DNA of 64,000 bases from an uncultured Thermoplasmata archaeon (GCA_963804505.1 CAWDQP010000010.1:123330-187329), one strand, 5' to 3'; positions 1-11,419 are shown, counted from the stretch's first letter. Numbers and translations: made by a program. Notes: a model not told the origin generated them from the sequence alone.

Positions 1-752
1 CGAAACTCAGGATGCGCGACGAGATGTCGGTAGAGGGCTTCCTCGTCCGCCGTTGCGCCCCGGCCGACGTTGACGTAGATCGCCGTGGGCTTCATCGAGC
101 GCAGGATGGATTCGTTGATCGTTCCGCGCGTCGCGAGCGTGAGCGGACGGCAGTCCACCACGAAATCCGCAGTCGCCGACCGCCTCCCGGAGCTCGGACG
201 CCGGATAGATCTTCTCGGCCATCGGATGGGACGCCGCCGTGCGGGCGACGCCGCGGACGCGGACCCCGAAGGGCGTCAGTCGTCGCGCGACTTCCGTAGC
301 GATGGCCCCAAACCCCAGGAGGACCGCGATCCCCCCGCGGATCTCTCGGCGGTTCTCCGTGGCGCCCAGGCGGCCCTGGCGCACCAGCTCGTGATTCCCC
401 CGAACGTCGTGGGCGAGCGCGAGGAGCAGGACGACCGCGTGCTCTCCCACGGCCGGGCCGAAGGCACCGACGTTGCCGGCCACTTGAACGGTGGGAGGGA
501 ACCGCTCGAACGGAAACCGGTGGAGCCCGGTCCAGACCCTCTGGACGAACTTCAGCGCCGGCGTCTGCGACGCGGTCCACCCGGGGATCTCGCGGCGAAC
601 GTCACCCACGAGCATCGCGCGAGCCTCCGGCCAGGGTCCCGGTGTGCTGGCCCCAGACGTCACTCCCACGGTACGTTCGGGAGGTGGCGCGCGATGGCGG
701 CGGCCACCGCGTCTTCGGGCCGCAGGGTGACAAGGAGATGAGATTGTGCCAT
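1..752 (-). CDS. D-isomer-specific 2-hydroxyacid dehydrogenase (runs off window start; frameshifted)
   Basis: ORF 7..669 has AVGEHAVVLLLAL and the Rossmann motif LLGFGAIATEVARRLTPFGVRV. The N-terminus MAQSHLLVTL starts at ATG 752 in another frame; LPLTLATRGTI..NVGR appears in a shifted frame near 60-150. Confidence 0.8.
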
Positions 753-932
753 GGCATCGGATATCGAGCTCGTCGCGGCGCGTCGGAGGAAATCCGCCGC
801 GGGGATAGGGTCAACGGTAACAGTACGCGGTGATCCGGACGGAACCGCGGTGACCCCGGTTCGCCTTCGCGTCCGCCCCCAGGCGGCTCAAGCTACATGG
901 TCGACCGGGGCGATGACCTCCACGAGCATACC

Positions 933-1376
933 ATGCCCGCGTCGAAGGAACGAGTCGTGCCGAAAGTGAAACCCAAGCCGAAGGGCCCCTCGGAAATCTC
1001 CCCCGGAGTGTTTGTCGGTGGATGGAACGATGCGCTCCGCTTCGAGGGCGCCCGATTCTGCGTCCTTGACGAAGCTCCCGCGGACATGCCCCCGGCGACC
1101 CACATACCGATCTACAACGAATCCGCGGATCGGGCGAACCCCGAGAATCTCGATCGACTCGCGGAGGCGATGCGCGCGGCCAAGAACAGCGGCAACCCCG
1201 TCCTGGTGTTCTGCGGTCACGGTGTACGCCGGTCACCTCTCGGGGGAGCCTGGTACCTACGTCGTGTCGAGGGACTCTCGCTGGATGCGGCCTACGACCG
1301 GATCCGGGCGGCCCGCCCTAAGGTCGAGCGGGCGCGGGAGTGGGTTGGCAACGCGACCGAGCTCGAACGCGCTTGA
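933..1376 (+). CDS. Dual-specificity/tyrosine protein phosphatase family protein
   Basis: EISPGVFVGG N-terminal motif, CX5R active loop VLVFCGHGVRRS, and C-terminal AYDRIRAARP. Confidence 0.85.
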   Translation: MPASKERVVPKVKPKPKGPSEISPGVFVGGWNDALRFEGARFCVLDEAPADMPPATHIPIYNESADRANPENLDRLAEAMRAAKNSGNPVLVFCGHGVRRSPLGGAWYLRRVEGLSLDAAYDRIRAARPKVERAREWVGNATELERA

Positions 1377-1389
1377 TCGGACGTGACCC

Positions 1390-2118
1390 ATGGAGATCGA
1401 ACAGGACCCGGACTCGGACTGGGTGGAGGCGCTGAGCGGAAAGGGTCCGGCCGCGGCCGCGCGAGCACTCCGGGAGGCCCAGGGCGAACGGCGCCTATTT
1501 TCCCACTTGGCGCGGGCCCACAACCGGGAGGGTCGCGAATCATGCGTCGAGATCGACGCTCCGCTCGAGCTCCATGCGTTGGTCCGCCTGCTGCGCCCGC
1601 ACCATGTCGTCGAAGTGGGGGTCTCGTCCGGGGTCTCCTCGGCGTACCTGCTGAACGCGTTGCGGCAGAACCGCCGTGGGACGCTCCATTCGGTGGACCT
1701 GCCGTCCGTCGAGCGGGTACTCCCGGACGCGCCTCGGAGGTCCCGTTCGTCCTGGAGCCTACCACCGGGGCGGTCGACCGGCTGGGCCGTCCCCCTGCCG
1801 CTCTGGGAGCGTTGGGACCTAAGGCTCGGCGACAAGTCGACGGTCCTTCCCATCTTGGCCCGACAACTTCCTCGAGTCGACCTATTCGTGTACGATGTCC
1901 CGCACGAGGACCGAGCGACCCGGCGCGAGCTTCGGCTTCTGGATCCGCTGATTCCCTCGGGGGGTGTCGTCATCGTGGACCATGGTCCGGGGGGAGGCCT
2001 TTGCGTCGCATTGAAGGGCTGGGCTCGGGAACGCGGATCTCGCCCCACCGGAAGAAAGGACCTCGGTCTCTTCGGCGCACGTGCTGTCGGCCCGTCGCGC
2101 GCCCTTGGGCAGGCTTGA
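1390..2118 (+). CDS. Class I SAM-dependent methyltransferase (Methyltransf_24-like)
   Basis: VVEVGVSSGVSS, LHSVDLP, DLFVYD..H and GGVVIVD motifs. Confidence 0.8.
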   Translation: MEIEQDPDSDWVEALSGKGPAAAARALREAQGERRLFSHLARAHNREGRESCVEIDAPLELHALVRLLRPHHVVEVGVSSGVSSAYLLNALRQNRRGTLHSVDLPSVERVLPDAPRRSRSSWSLPPGRSTGWAVPLPLWERWDLRLGDKSTVLPILARQLPRVDLFVYDVPHEDRATRRELRLLDPLIPSGGVVIVDHGPGGGLCVALKGWARERGSRPTGRKDLGLFGARAVGPSRALGQA

Positions 2119-2197
2119 CAGGGTTCGGCCGCTCGAGCGAGGCGACGGGCCTGCGCCCGGCGAGAGCGGGGCCCGGTTCCGAGCCGGCCCCCGCGCG

Positions 2198-2977
2198 CTA
2201 CCCGCCAGAGTCGAACGAGGGCGCCCGAGTTCCCCGAAGGGGGGATCTCGACACCTTTGGATTCGGCCCTGTCGCCGGAAGCACCGTCGGGGTACCGTCG
2301 GTCTCGAGCCGTGCTTTGAGGGAGGCGACGCTGTTCGCGAGCAATCGGAGCTGCCCCTTGCGCAGGTGCTCGCCGAAGGTGGACCGGGAGAGACCCTGCC
2401 GGCGGGCTACCTCCTCCCAACGGGTTGGTGCCGGGACATCGAAGAGCCCGCCCTCGAAGGCCGCCACGAGCGACCGGGCTTGACGATCGGTGAGGCCTTC
2501 GAAGAAGTGGACCGAGGCCACCGGAAGGTCGCGGATGCTGCCGAGACCCTTCCGATCCGACACCGAAAGAAGCTCGACCTCACCCAGACGACGTATCCGG
2601 GCGATGAGCCGGTTCAACTCGAGCCTCCGGGGGGCCACGAAGCGGTAGGTTTCCGTGCCGTTGAAGTAGACCACGGGGTGAAGGGCCCAGACACCGGCCT
2701 TCCGGGCGAGACCGGTCACGGACGGGGGGTCGGCCCACTCGAAGTCCGGGATCGTCACCAGCGCGTCCCGTCCTTCGACCACCAAGCAGCGAGCATGGAA
2801 GGAATCCCGGAGCCCCGAGACCACTCGACGGCGTTCGGCCTCGTCGGGGGCGGAGAGAAGGAAGACGTCTCGGCGGTTGTCGCACCACAATAGAAGTAGG
2901 GTGCGGGGGAATTCCGCGGAGATGTCGCAGTACGGGCACGGATGGTGGACCCGGACTCGGGCATCTACGAGGGACAT
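2198..2977 (-). CDS. Bacterio-opsin-activator-type (HTH_10) transcriptional regulator
   Basis: C-terminal LTDRQARSLVAAFEGGLFDVP...GLSRSTFGEHLRKG; N-terminal HPCPYC typical of archaeal members. Confidence 0.85.
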   Translation of the reverse strand: MSLVDARVRVHHPCPYCDISAEFPRTLLLLWCDNRRDVFLLSAPDEAERRRVVSGLRDSFHARCLVVEGRDALVTIPDFEWADPPSVTGLARKAGVWALHPVVYFNGTETYRFVAPRRLELNRLIARIRRLGEVELLSVSDRKGLGSIRDLPVASVHFFEGLTDRQARSLVAAFEGGLFDVPAPTRWEEVARRQGLSRSTFGEHLRKGQLRLLANSVASLKARLETDGTPTVLPATGPNPKVSRSPLRGTRAPSFDSGG

Positions 2978-3092
2978 CGAGACGGTATCCCTCGAGGAGG
3001 TAATTTAGAACCACCCGCCCCGGGGCGGGTTCGAAGGTATCATCCACTTCGGCACTCCTCTCGGCGTAGATTGCAGGGGGGAGCGCAGAACG

Positions 3093-3545
3093 ATGGCCGT
3101 GGATTTCTCCTTGAGGAAGACACACCGATATCGTGTCGCGTCCATCGTGAGGGTCGGCCCGTGGAAGCCCGACAACCTGAGGACGGAGTTCGGCGAACTG
3201 GTCCGCTGGGCGACGAAACGCAAGGTCCCGACCGGTCGATGGATCTTCCTCGAGAGGGACCGCAACCGATGGGAGGCCTGCCTCGAGATCAAACGCGAAG
3301 CCGAGACCGACGGACGGATCCGGCTCAAGACGCTCCCGGCTTCGTGGGCAGCGCGCGTGGTGTTCGACCCGGACCGAGTTTCGTCACGCCTCGTGTACCA
3401 CGGCCTGAGCGACTGGACTCGGTCGCGACGCAGGGCCGGGGACCTCCGGTCGGTCGAAGCCGTCCGCGAGGTCTACGCCGGCGACCCCTGGAACGACAAG
3501 AACGCTTGGGCGCACTGCGAGGTCCAGTTCGTCGTGCGGAAGTGA
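3093..3545 (+). CDS. GyrI-like small-molecule-binding domain protein
   Basis: 150 aa SHS2-type pattern (FGELVRWA; YHGLSDW; REVY.GDPW; CEVQFVV). Confidence 0.65.
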   Translation: MAVDFSLRKTHRYRVASIVRVGPWKPDNLRTEFGELVRWATKRKVPTGRWIFLERDRNRWEACLEIKREAETDGRIRLKTLPASWAARVVFDPDRVSSRLVYHGLSDWTRSRRRAGDLRSVEAVREVYAGDPWNDKNAWAHCEVQFVVRK

Positions 3546-3656
3546 GCTCTCCGCTCGCCAGCGCCGAGCCATGGAAGCTCCCCGGGCCGATCTGTGCGCC
3601 CTCGATCTGGGCCACGGGCCGGCCACGGGGAGAACCTGCGCTCCCTCAGGGGTGGA

Positions 3657-4004
3657 CTAAACCTCGGATTGCGCGCGCGGGAACCGTACCGGTGAGAACG
3701 AAACGGCACCTCTCGGAACCACCCACGTGAAGAAGCGGACGGATAGTTTCCCCGCCTTTACCGCCGGGTCCATCTCGAGCAGGGATCGGACCTCCTCCAA
3801 GGGCAGGCGGTGCAGGCTGATGCCGCGAAGGGGACTCCCAGGAGGGTCGACGATCGGCCCTGCCGCTTGGAGATGACCCATGTCGTGGAGCGTTGCGAGA
3901 TAAGCCATGTGAGCGTCTTGCAGTCGGTCGGCGTCCTTCGCGTCCAGCTTGGGGGCGTCGGGTCGGGCTTCGAGCAACGATACGGTGAATGTGTCGAACT
4001 CCAT
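3657..4004 (-). CDS. YciI family protein
   Basis: AHMAYL..L...G.L.AAGP and DPAVKAG motifs. Confidence 0.8.
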   Translation of the reverse strand: MEFDTFTVSLLEARPDAPKLDAKDADRLQDAHMAYLATLHDMGHLQAAGPIVDPPGSPLRGISLHRLPLEEVRSLLEMDPAVKAGKLSVRFFTWVVPRGAVSFSPVRFPRAQSEV

Positions 4005-4278
4005 GCTTCTCGCTAGGAGGAGGCGGATTTCAAGACAATCCCAGCCCGCCGACTTAATCGGGAGGGGCCTTCGAAGGAAGCCGAATCAATTCCTCTGAAC
4101 ACCCGATCGCGCATCGGGCCGAAGGGACCACAACGCGACCGTGCCCGATTCTGCCAGGGTGGGTTGAGCGGCGATCGAACCCACGGTGCAATTTCGGCGA
4201 AGATTCTCCAACCAAACGGACTTTAACCCGGTCGCACGCATAGCAATCGGGTAGGCGCAGCGTCGAGCGCCTCGTTCT

Positions 4279-6513
4279 ATGAACTACGGTATCCGCCTCG
4301 TGAAACTGCTGCCGCCAATCCTGCTGTGCGCGGTGATGATTCTCGGGGTTCTTGTCATCCTGCCCGGTGTCAACGCCCACGGGTCGAGTCCAGTCGCCCC
4401 GATGGTCGACGCAGGTGTCGGAACCTCACCCTCCATCGCGCAGGGTGGAAGCATCGCGATCGCGTGCTCCGGAGTCGATACCTGCACGACCGGTGCGATA
4501 ACGAACGTGGATGCTGGAGATGCTCTGGTCGTCGTGGTCACGGAATTCACCACGTCGGCCGGAGCTCCCAGCTTGGTAGAAGAAGTGACGTCGGGCGGCG
4601 ACAACGATCTCGCGCTTCTTGGTTCCACCCCCTGCATCACCGGAAGCGGGCATGGAGTGACGGCCATCTACGGATTGGCCGACGTCACGGCTCAACCGTC
4701 CGTCACGTTCACTGTCAACTACCCGGCCGCTCGATACTACACGATCCACGCACTCGACGTCGAGGGCGCCGCTGCGTCGCCGTTCGAGACCGCGGGCACC
4801 GGCGTCTGCTCGGCCGCCGCCGGCACGACGGCCACGGCTTCGGTGACTACCACCGTCGCGGGGGACCTAGTGATCCTCGGAGCTGAAGTCAGGGCGTCCA
4901 CCACGTTTGCAGCGAGCGGCGGAGACACGCTCGTGACGCAGGCGGCGACAACCGGTGCCGACCTGGATTCCGGGGCGATGCTTGACGAAATCGACTCTGC
5001 CACGGGGTCGATCTCCCTCTCGGCCACGTTCACGAGTTCGTCGTGGGCAGCTATCGCCGTCGCTCTGGAGCCCGGACCCCTCGTGCCGGGAACGGTGAGC
5101 CCGTCCAGCGCCACCATCGACGCAGGCCAATCCATCAGTCTTACGACCACCCCGGCGACCGGTGGGACTCCGCCCATCACCTATCAGTGGTACACGACGA
5201 CTTCGATCGCTACTTGCGACGATGGAACGATGATCGTCGGCGCGACCAATCAGTCCTACACCACGCCGGCCCTCTCGGTCGGGACCTACTACTACTGCGT
5301 CTGGGCAACGGACAACAGCACCCCGACCGCGCAGGTAGTCTACTCGAACGTCGCGGTCGTCGCGGTGAATCCGGCGCTGACCGTCACGATCACGCCGAGC
5401 GCCCCCTCGATCGACATCGGGCAGTCCGTAGAGTTGACTGCGAACGCATCCGGTGGCACGGGAGCGGACGCCTACGCGTGGTATCTAGGAGACTCCTGCG
5501 TGGGCACGGTCCTCGCCACGAGCCTAAACTACACCACCCCGGCCTTGGGGAATTCCACGACGTACTGCGTGGCCGCTACCGACAGCTCCTCCGAACCGGC
5601 GACGGCAACGACCACCGCCACGGTCACAGTGAGCCCTACGCCGCTGACGGTCACGATCACCCCTAGCGGGCCGTCGATCGACAACGGACAGACCGTACAA
5701 CTGAAGGCGAACCCATCGGGCGGCACGGGCGCGGACTCCTATGCCTGGTACTCGGGGCTCTCGTGTACGGGACCCGTGCTGGCGACTACCCAGGTCTTCA
5801 CAACTCCGGCGTTGTCGTCGACCATGACGTACTGTGTGGTCGTGACGGACAGCTCGTCCATCCCAGCAACGGCGAATGCCACATCTACGGTCACGGTGAG
5901 CCTCATGCCTCTGACAGTAACAGTTAATCCCGACGCCGCCACAATCGACTCGGGGGCGAAGCTGCTCCTGACCGCCATCCCGTCAGGCGGAACCGGAGCG
6001 CTCAGCTACGCCTGGTACCTCGGGGGTTCGTGTTCGGGCGCCGTACTGGCCACGACCCAGACTTATACGACCCCGGCATTGCCATCCACTACGACGTATT
6101 GTGTAGAGGTGACGGACAGCTCGACCGTTCCCGCGAGTGCGAAGGCCAACTCCACGGTAACAGTCAGCGGCGCATCAGGCTCGACCACGACGCCGCCGAC
6201 GTACGTGTATCCCGTGGTAGGGGCCCTTGTCGCGCTACTGATCGCGGCGATCCTGCTGGGTCTCCTCCGTCGGGGTCGGAAGGTGAGCTTTACCGAAACC
6301 GGCCTTCCCGAGAAGGCTGTGTGGTCGATCACTTTCAAAGGAGAGGCCAAGAGCTCCACGAGCGCGACCATCGCATTCAAGACCTCCAAAGGTGAGAGTG
6401 ACTACGCCGTACGAGATGTGGTCGGTTACACTGCGACTCCATCGACCGGGAAAGTTACGGTGAACAAGGCCTCGGTCGAAGTGAAGGTCGTCTTCTCCAA
6501 GCGGCCCCCCTAG
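4279..6513 (+). CDS. Membrane-anchored surface protein with four Ig-like repeats and a thermopsin-type C-terminal domain
   Basis: 744 aa ORF with an N-terminal signal peptide, Thr/Ser-rich body, four repeats, TM helix VVGALVALLIAAILLGLL, then RRGRKVSFTETGLP..W. Confidence 0.8.
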   Translation: MNYGIRLVKLLPPILLCAVMILGVLVILPGVNAHGSSPVAPMVDAGVGTSPSIAQGGSIAIACSGVDTCTTGAITNVDAGDALVVVVTEFTTSAGAPSLVEEVTSGGDNDLALLGSTPCITGSGHGVTAIYGLADVTAQPSVTFTVNYPAARYYTIHALDVEGAAASPFETAGTGVCSAAAGTTATASVTTTVAGDLVILGAEVRASTTFAASGGDTLVTQAATTGADLDSGAMLDEIDSATGSISLSATFTSSSWAAIAVALEPGPLVPGTVSPSSATIDAGQSISLTTTPATGGTPPITYQWYTTTSIATCDDGTMIVGATNQSYTTPALSVGTYYYCVWATDNSTPTAQVVYSNVAVVAVNPALTVTITPSAPSIDIGQSVELTANASGGTGADAYAWYLGDSCVGTVLATSLNYTTPALGNSTTYCVAATDSSSEPATATTTATVTVSPTPLTVTITPSGPSIDNGQTVQLKANPSGGTGADSYAWYSGLSCTGPVLATTQVFTTPALSSTMTYCVVVTDSSSIPATANATSTVTVSLMPLTVTVNPDAATIDSGAKLLLTAIPSGGTGALSYAWYLGGSCSGAVLATTQTYTTPALPSTTTYCVEVTDSSTVPASAKANSTVTVSGASGSTTTPPTYVYPVVGALVALLIAAILLGLLRRGRKVSFTETGLPEKAVWSITFKGEAKSSTSATIAFKTSKGESDYAVRDVVGYTATPSTGKVTVNKASVEVKVVFSKRPP
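5092..6165 (+). repeat. Intragenic tandem repeat of about 267 nt (89 aa) x4
   Basis: Units LTVTITPS/LTVTITPS/LTVTVNPD start at 5377, 5644 and 5911 (267-nt spacing), with a diverged first unit near 5092. Each has WY..C...YTTP.L...YC. Confidence 0.85.
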
Positions 6514-6660
6514 ACCCCGCGGCATGCTCAGCCCGAACCGTTGCTTGAGTGCCTCACCCGAGGATTCCGCTGATGAAGGCGGCGCGATCGGGGACCACCA
6601 TACACAACCCTTGGTACTGTCCCCAAAGGGGCGATTACTTGCACAACGGCCATTGAGAGG

Positions 6661-6882
6661 CTAGAGTGGCACGCGCCTCGAGGTAGAAGAGACGCCCTCG
6701 GGGCCGTGGGAGACCCAGTGGTTCTGCGCGCAGTACTCGAGAACCCTGTTGAGGCCAGCCATGGAGATCCGATGCCCGCGGGCTTCGAGTTCGGCCAAGA
6801 GTTTGCGACGACGAATCGGCATCGGGCTCGCTCGCAGGATGGAGAGGACCGCTTCGACGGCGCCGACCGGCATTCCCGACAC
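6661..6882 (-). CDS. Small winged-helix-like protein
   Basis: 73 aa; VLSILRAS..PI....LLAELEARGHRIS...LNRVL helical pattern. Confidence 0.5.
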   Translation of the reverse strand: MSGMPVGAVEAVLSILRASPMPIRRRKLLAELEARGHRISMAGLNRVLEYCAQNHWVSHGPEGVSSTSRRVPL

Positions 6883-7256
6883 GACCGACCTCTACGCGGG
6901 GACCCTAACTTCCGATAGCCGTTCTCGGCCATGTAATCACCGGGCCCTGTCGGCGGTTGGCCCCGACGAGCGGGCGTGTGCACAATGGCGATTGCACCCC
7001 GGCGGCCCCGATCGGGCCGGGACCCCACGGCCTTCGGGTTCTCCTAAAAGAACAACGTCCGGAGTTCGCGGCTCGTACGGTCGTATCGGCGGCCGCCATC
7101 GTCCCGGAAGGTCTTTGAGGCAGTTCCCCGATGCCCCTACCTCCCAGGTCGGGACCTTGCAAGGCCCAACTCGTTCGAACGGGACTGGGTTCGGGTCGCT
7201 CGCTGCGGCGCCCCCCTTCTCGAGCGGTTCGCCGCCCACTCTGCGCGACGAACCAG

Positions 7257-10200
7257 ATGCGTCCTCCAACGCGAGCTACCCTCGACCCCGACCGATCCGC
7301 CGTTGGTTGGGTTCTCCCGGGCGCCATATCACTGTCGTTGCAGCCGTCGCCTTCGTGGTGTGGCTTATGCTCCTCACGCCGGCCAGCGCTCCTCTTGAGG
7401 ACGGTTCTACGACCTCCTCCCACTCCGCAACTGGCCCATCGGGCGCGGTAGCGGCCCCGAATCAGCCGATCGCCATACCCTCCGCGGCCGACCCGACGGT
7501 CAAACCGTGCCTCGCGAAGGGAGAGTGCACGGGGCCGCACCCCGCGCTCGGCGGACCTTATATCACAGAATGGTTCGACACGACAATCTACGCCTCGATC
7601 TCGCCTTCCTCAAGCCCTCCCCACCTGATCGGCCCGTCCATGGCGTACAATCCGGGGATCGCCACCGAATCGCCGGTTGGAGGGGTGGAGGTCCTGTTCG
7701 GGGGGCTTGCGCCGTGGGGGGCCACGAACTACACCTATGTGGGCGTGCCATCGACGGTCCCGCTTCCCGACGGGTCTCCCACCGCAAGCATCCTCTGGGT
7801 CAACATCTCGAGCTACGTCCGCGCACCGTCCCCCCGCTACTACGCCGCGATGACGTACGACGCCGCGGACGGATACGTGCTGCTCTTCGGGGGGCAGTAC
7901 GGAGGGGTGAACCAGACCCTGGGCGACACCTGGACGCTCTCGGTGACCTACCAGGGAGAGACGATCAACCCCCCGCCGCAGCCGGCGACATTCAAATTCG
8001 ATATCGCCGGGTGGACCAAGCTACCGGACCGAACCGGTCCCAGCCCCCGGACGGGCGCGGCCCTGACGTTCGATCCGCTCGACAACTATTCCGTCCTGTT
8101 CGGTGGGATCGATGCGCCGACGTTCTTTGGGGATACTTGGACGTTCTCGGCCGGATCATGGACCGAGTTGCATCCTGCGCGCTCCCCGTCCGCTCGCGCC
8201 TACGCCGGATTCGTGTTCGATCAAGCCGCGGGCTACGCGATCCTCCTCACGGGTTACGGGAGCGGCCCCGACGCATGGGGATTCATGCACGGCTCATGGG
8301 TTGAACTCTCCCCGTCGACCCCCCTCGGGGCGCGGTTTGACGAATCGATTGCTTACGACAACGTGAGCGGAGTGGCGACTGCCTTTGGCGGGGTAAACGC
8401 CTCCAACTTCAGCGCCGTCTACGGAACCACTTGGAACTACTCGTCGCTCCCCGGCTGGTACAAGGTCGACAGCTACGGGCCGGTCGCCCGAGCTGCGTCG
8501 GCTATGGCCTACGACCCCCAGATCGGCTGCGTCGTCCTCTTCGGAGGCGGTACGTCCAGTTCGTCGGGATGGCTGAACGACACGTGGCTGCTCTGCTCTT
8601 GGTCGGAGAGCGTAGCCCCCTTCACCGCAACGCTCGTCTCCGACACCGAAGTCTCAGACCGACCGGAAGTCCAAGCCGGAGGGAACGCTACGTTCACGGT
8701 GGTCCCGTCGGGCGGGACCTGGCCCTACTATCTCACACTGGATGAGTACGACAGTGGTTATGGACCCCCCGTCGCACAGGACGAGTTGACCCCCGACGGT
8801 CCCATCAACGTAACGTTCACGTTCCCGATTTCAGCGAACTACCTAATCTTCCTCTACGCGGAGGACTCGTACGGGTCCGGAGCCGAAGAGAACCTTACGT
8901 TCCCTGTGGGGACGCTCATGGTGGACGATTGGCAGCCCCTTTTCGACAGCTATGCGTTCCACAACTACGGTAGCGCCTGGTCGGCCATCGGCAACTGCTA
9001 CGGGTTCTCCAGCACGATGGTCCTCTACTGGGAACACGATGTGGAAGACCTCGCGGACACGCCGTACTTGCCCGCCCCGGTCTGGGACACCGAGGAACTT
9101 GCTGAGCCCCCGGGTCTTCCACACTATCCCGGACCTGGCTTGAATGGGACCACGCTCGCCATCATGATCCATCAGACTATGGGCGGTGGCGGGGCGGGAA
9201 CCGGATTTGCCCCGTCCGACTTTGCGACGGGTTACGCGCGGATCCTGGCCAACCTATCCGCGGGGCAGCCGGAGGTGATGTTTCTGACGAACTCGACGAA
9301 AGCGGGAGCCGTCGGCCACGCTGTCGTCGTCTACGGTGAGGAGACGCTGCCGAACGGGAGCGTCGACTTAGATGTGTCCGACCCGAACGGGCCGCTAACG
9401 ACCGAGACCGCGCTGTACGACCCCGCCGCCGAAACGTTCTCCCTCGAAAACTTCTGGTACTATTTCGAGGCCTATACCTCCGAGAAGATCGCGAGCCTGC
9501 AACCGAGCTGGTTCACAACCTGGACTCAGGGTAACAGCAACGAATACGACACCCAGGGAGGTGGTTACTATCTCGTCGGTGGTCTCGCCCCCCTCACGGT
9601 CAGCCTCGCGGGCGGCGGGAACGACTCGTTCTCCGACGGCGGAAGTCTCGGTGACTCGCAGACGTTCGTCCAGGGAATCGCGAACAGCACGGGGATCGAG
9701 GAGGCCAGTCTGGTCGGCACGACGCAGGTGTTTGCCTTGGAGAACCTATCGGGCCGTCACTACTCGGTCACCGACCCTTCCTCAGGCGCCTCTCCTGTCG
9801 AAGTGCTTCTCGCGACCAACGTGTCGGGAATGCCGACGGTCCGGGGCTACGACCTCAACTTCTCCTCGGCCGGCCAGCACGATTTCACTCTCGGGCTAGG
9901 GTCGGGGGGACGACGCTGCATGTGGGAAGCGCGTCCGGAAACGTGAACATTTCCTTCGGCCAGCTGGTCGGCACCCAAAACGACACACTCAACGCCACCA
10001 ACCTGTCGTTCCCCGCCGATTCCGTCGTGACGTTCACCGTACCTGAACTGGTCCGGGCTCAACTCCTCGAGCCACCCGACGGTCGAGGTGCGGGTCGCCC
10101 CGGACAACGGCACAGGTCCCAGCACGCGGTACCTCCCTGGTCAACGGTCAGATCGGGCTCGGGTCGGGCAAGGTGGTCAGCGAGCCGGTCATCTTCCGCG

Positions 10201-11237
10201 AAGCCGGTCTCCCTGTCGGGACTGCATGGTCGGTGACGGTGAACGGCGCGACGCTCAGCACCGCATCGATGAGCCTCGAGTTCAACGAGACGAACGGTAG
10301 CTACACCTACTTGGCCGGTTCGACGAACACAAATTACGAGGCCGCTCCGGGATCGATCATCGTGAACGGTGCTCCGGTATCGGCGCCGGTAACGTTCAAC
10401 CTCGTGACCTACGGGCTGACGTTTACGGAGACCGGCCTCCCGGCAAAGTCCCTCGCGAAGGGATGGACCGTCGTCCTGGGCGGTTCGGACCTACGTTCGT
10501 CTTCGCCGTCCATCATGTTCTCCGAGCCCAACGGGAGCTACCCGTATCTGTACATCGGGCCGGCCGGTTACCAAGTCTCGGGGGTGCTCCCCACATCGAC
10601 GATCCACGTCGATGGCGCCAACATCTCGGGCTCGGTCTCGTTTCTGAAGAAGGCGACCGTCACCTTGACGTTCGGTGAGAAGGGGTTGCCGAAGGGCCAA
10701 CCTTGGTGCGTGGAGGTCGGGGGTTGGGAGTCGTGTTCGACGAAGGCGACCGACCGATACCTCAACCTGACCCCCGGCTCGTACCCTTACCAGGTGCCGC
10801 CGATGAGCGGGCAAACGATCACGGCTAAGGAGGGGAAGACGTCGATTCCCCTGTCGGGCAACCTGGACGTCATGCGGAGCACGACCGTTTCGCTGAGATA
10901 CCTGTACCCCTACGTGGTGACGTTCACCGAGACCGGGCTCTCGACCGGGACCTGGTCGGTAACGATCAAGGGGAACGCGCCGACCAACGGGACTGGCGAC
11001 CCGATTACTTTCGACTTGCCGAACGGGACGTACAGCTACAAGATCGGTCCGGAAAGTGGTTACAGTTCCTCGGGCTCGCCGACCAAGGTGAAGGTCAACG
11101 GCGCATCGCTTTCGGTCCTGGTGTCGTTCAAGGCGAAAGTTGGACAGGGACCAACCCCCCCGGTGTTTGTGATGGGCGTCCAGCCGCTCGCTCCACAGCT
11201 AGAGGGCTTTGGCCGCGCTCCTCGAGGGCGTTCGTAA
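7257..11237 (+). CDS. Large secreted glycoprotein: kelch beta-propeller, papain/C39-like peptidase domain and thermopsin-type repeats (frameshifts ~9910-10170)
   Basis: ORF 6749..9946 has a signal peptide, repeated YD..VLLFGG..DTW kelch motifs, GNCYGFS, GHAVVVYG and DPN. ORFs 9922..10236 and 10173..11237 continue it with FTETGLP..W repeats. Start is approximate. Confidence 0.7.
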
Positions 11238-11419
11238 GCTTGTGTCGAGAGGATCTCGGAGAGGTTGGGTCGCCCGCTCCCAGACCAGTCGGAGGGACGC
11301 GGCTCGTTGCGGAATACCCATGGCGAATGCATAAGGGAGGTCCGTCGCGAGGCTGATGAAGGTCGAGTGGCCTACCCTCGCAAGGGTGTGAACGGAGCCT
11401 GCACGAATCCCTCGAGTCG

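Noticed and set aside
3013..3030. 18-bp perfect palindrome ACCCGCCCCGGGGCGGGT between divergent HTH_10 and GyrI-like genes
   Set aside because: Almost entirely G/C in a GC-rich genome and single copy; it could be an operator but there is no further support
6749..7256. N-terminal 170 aa of the 1065-aa ORF
   Set aside because: It overlaps the minus-strand wHTH gene and precedes the signal peptide, so it is likely a non-coding extension
6568..11362. GCTGATGAAGG at ~6569 and ~11352 as hammerhead, C/D-box or fluoride riboswitch cores
   Set aside because: I could not build the required flanking stems, GAAA core or pseudoknot
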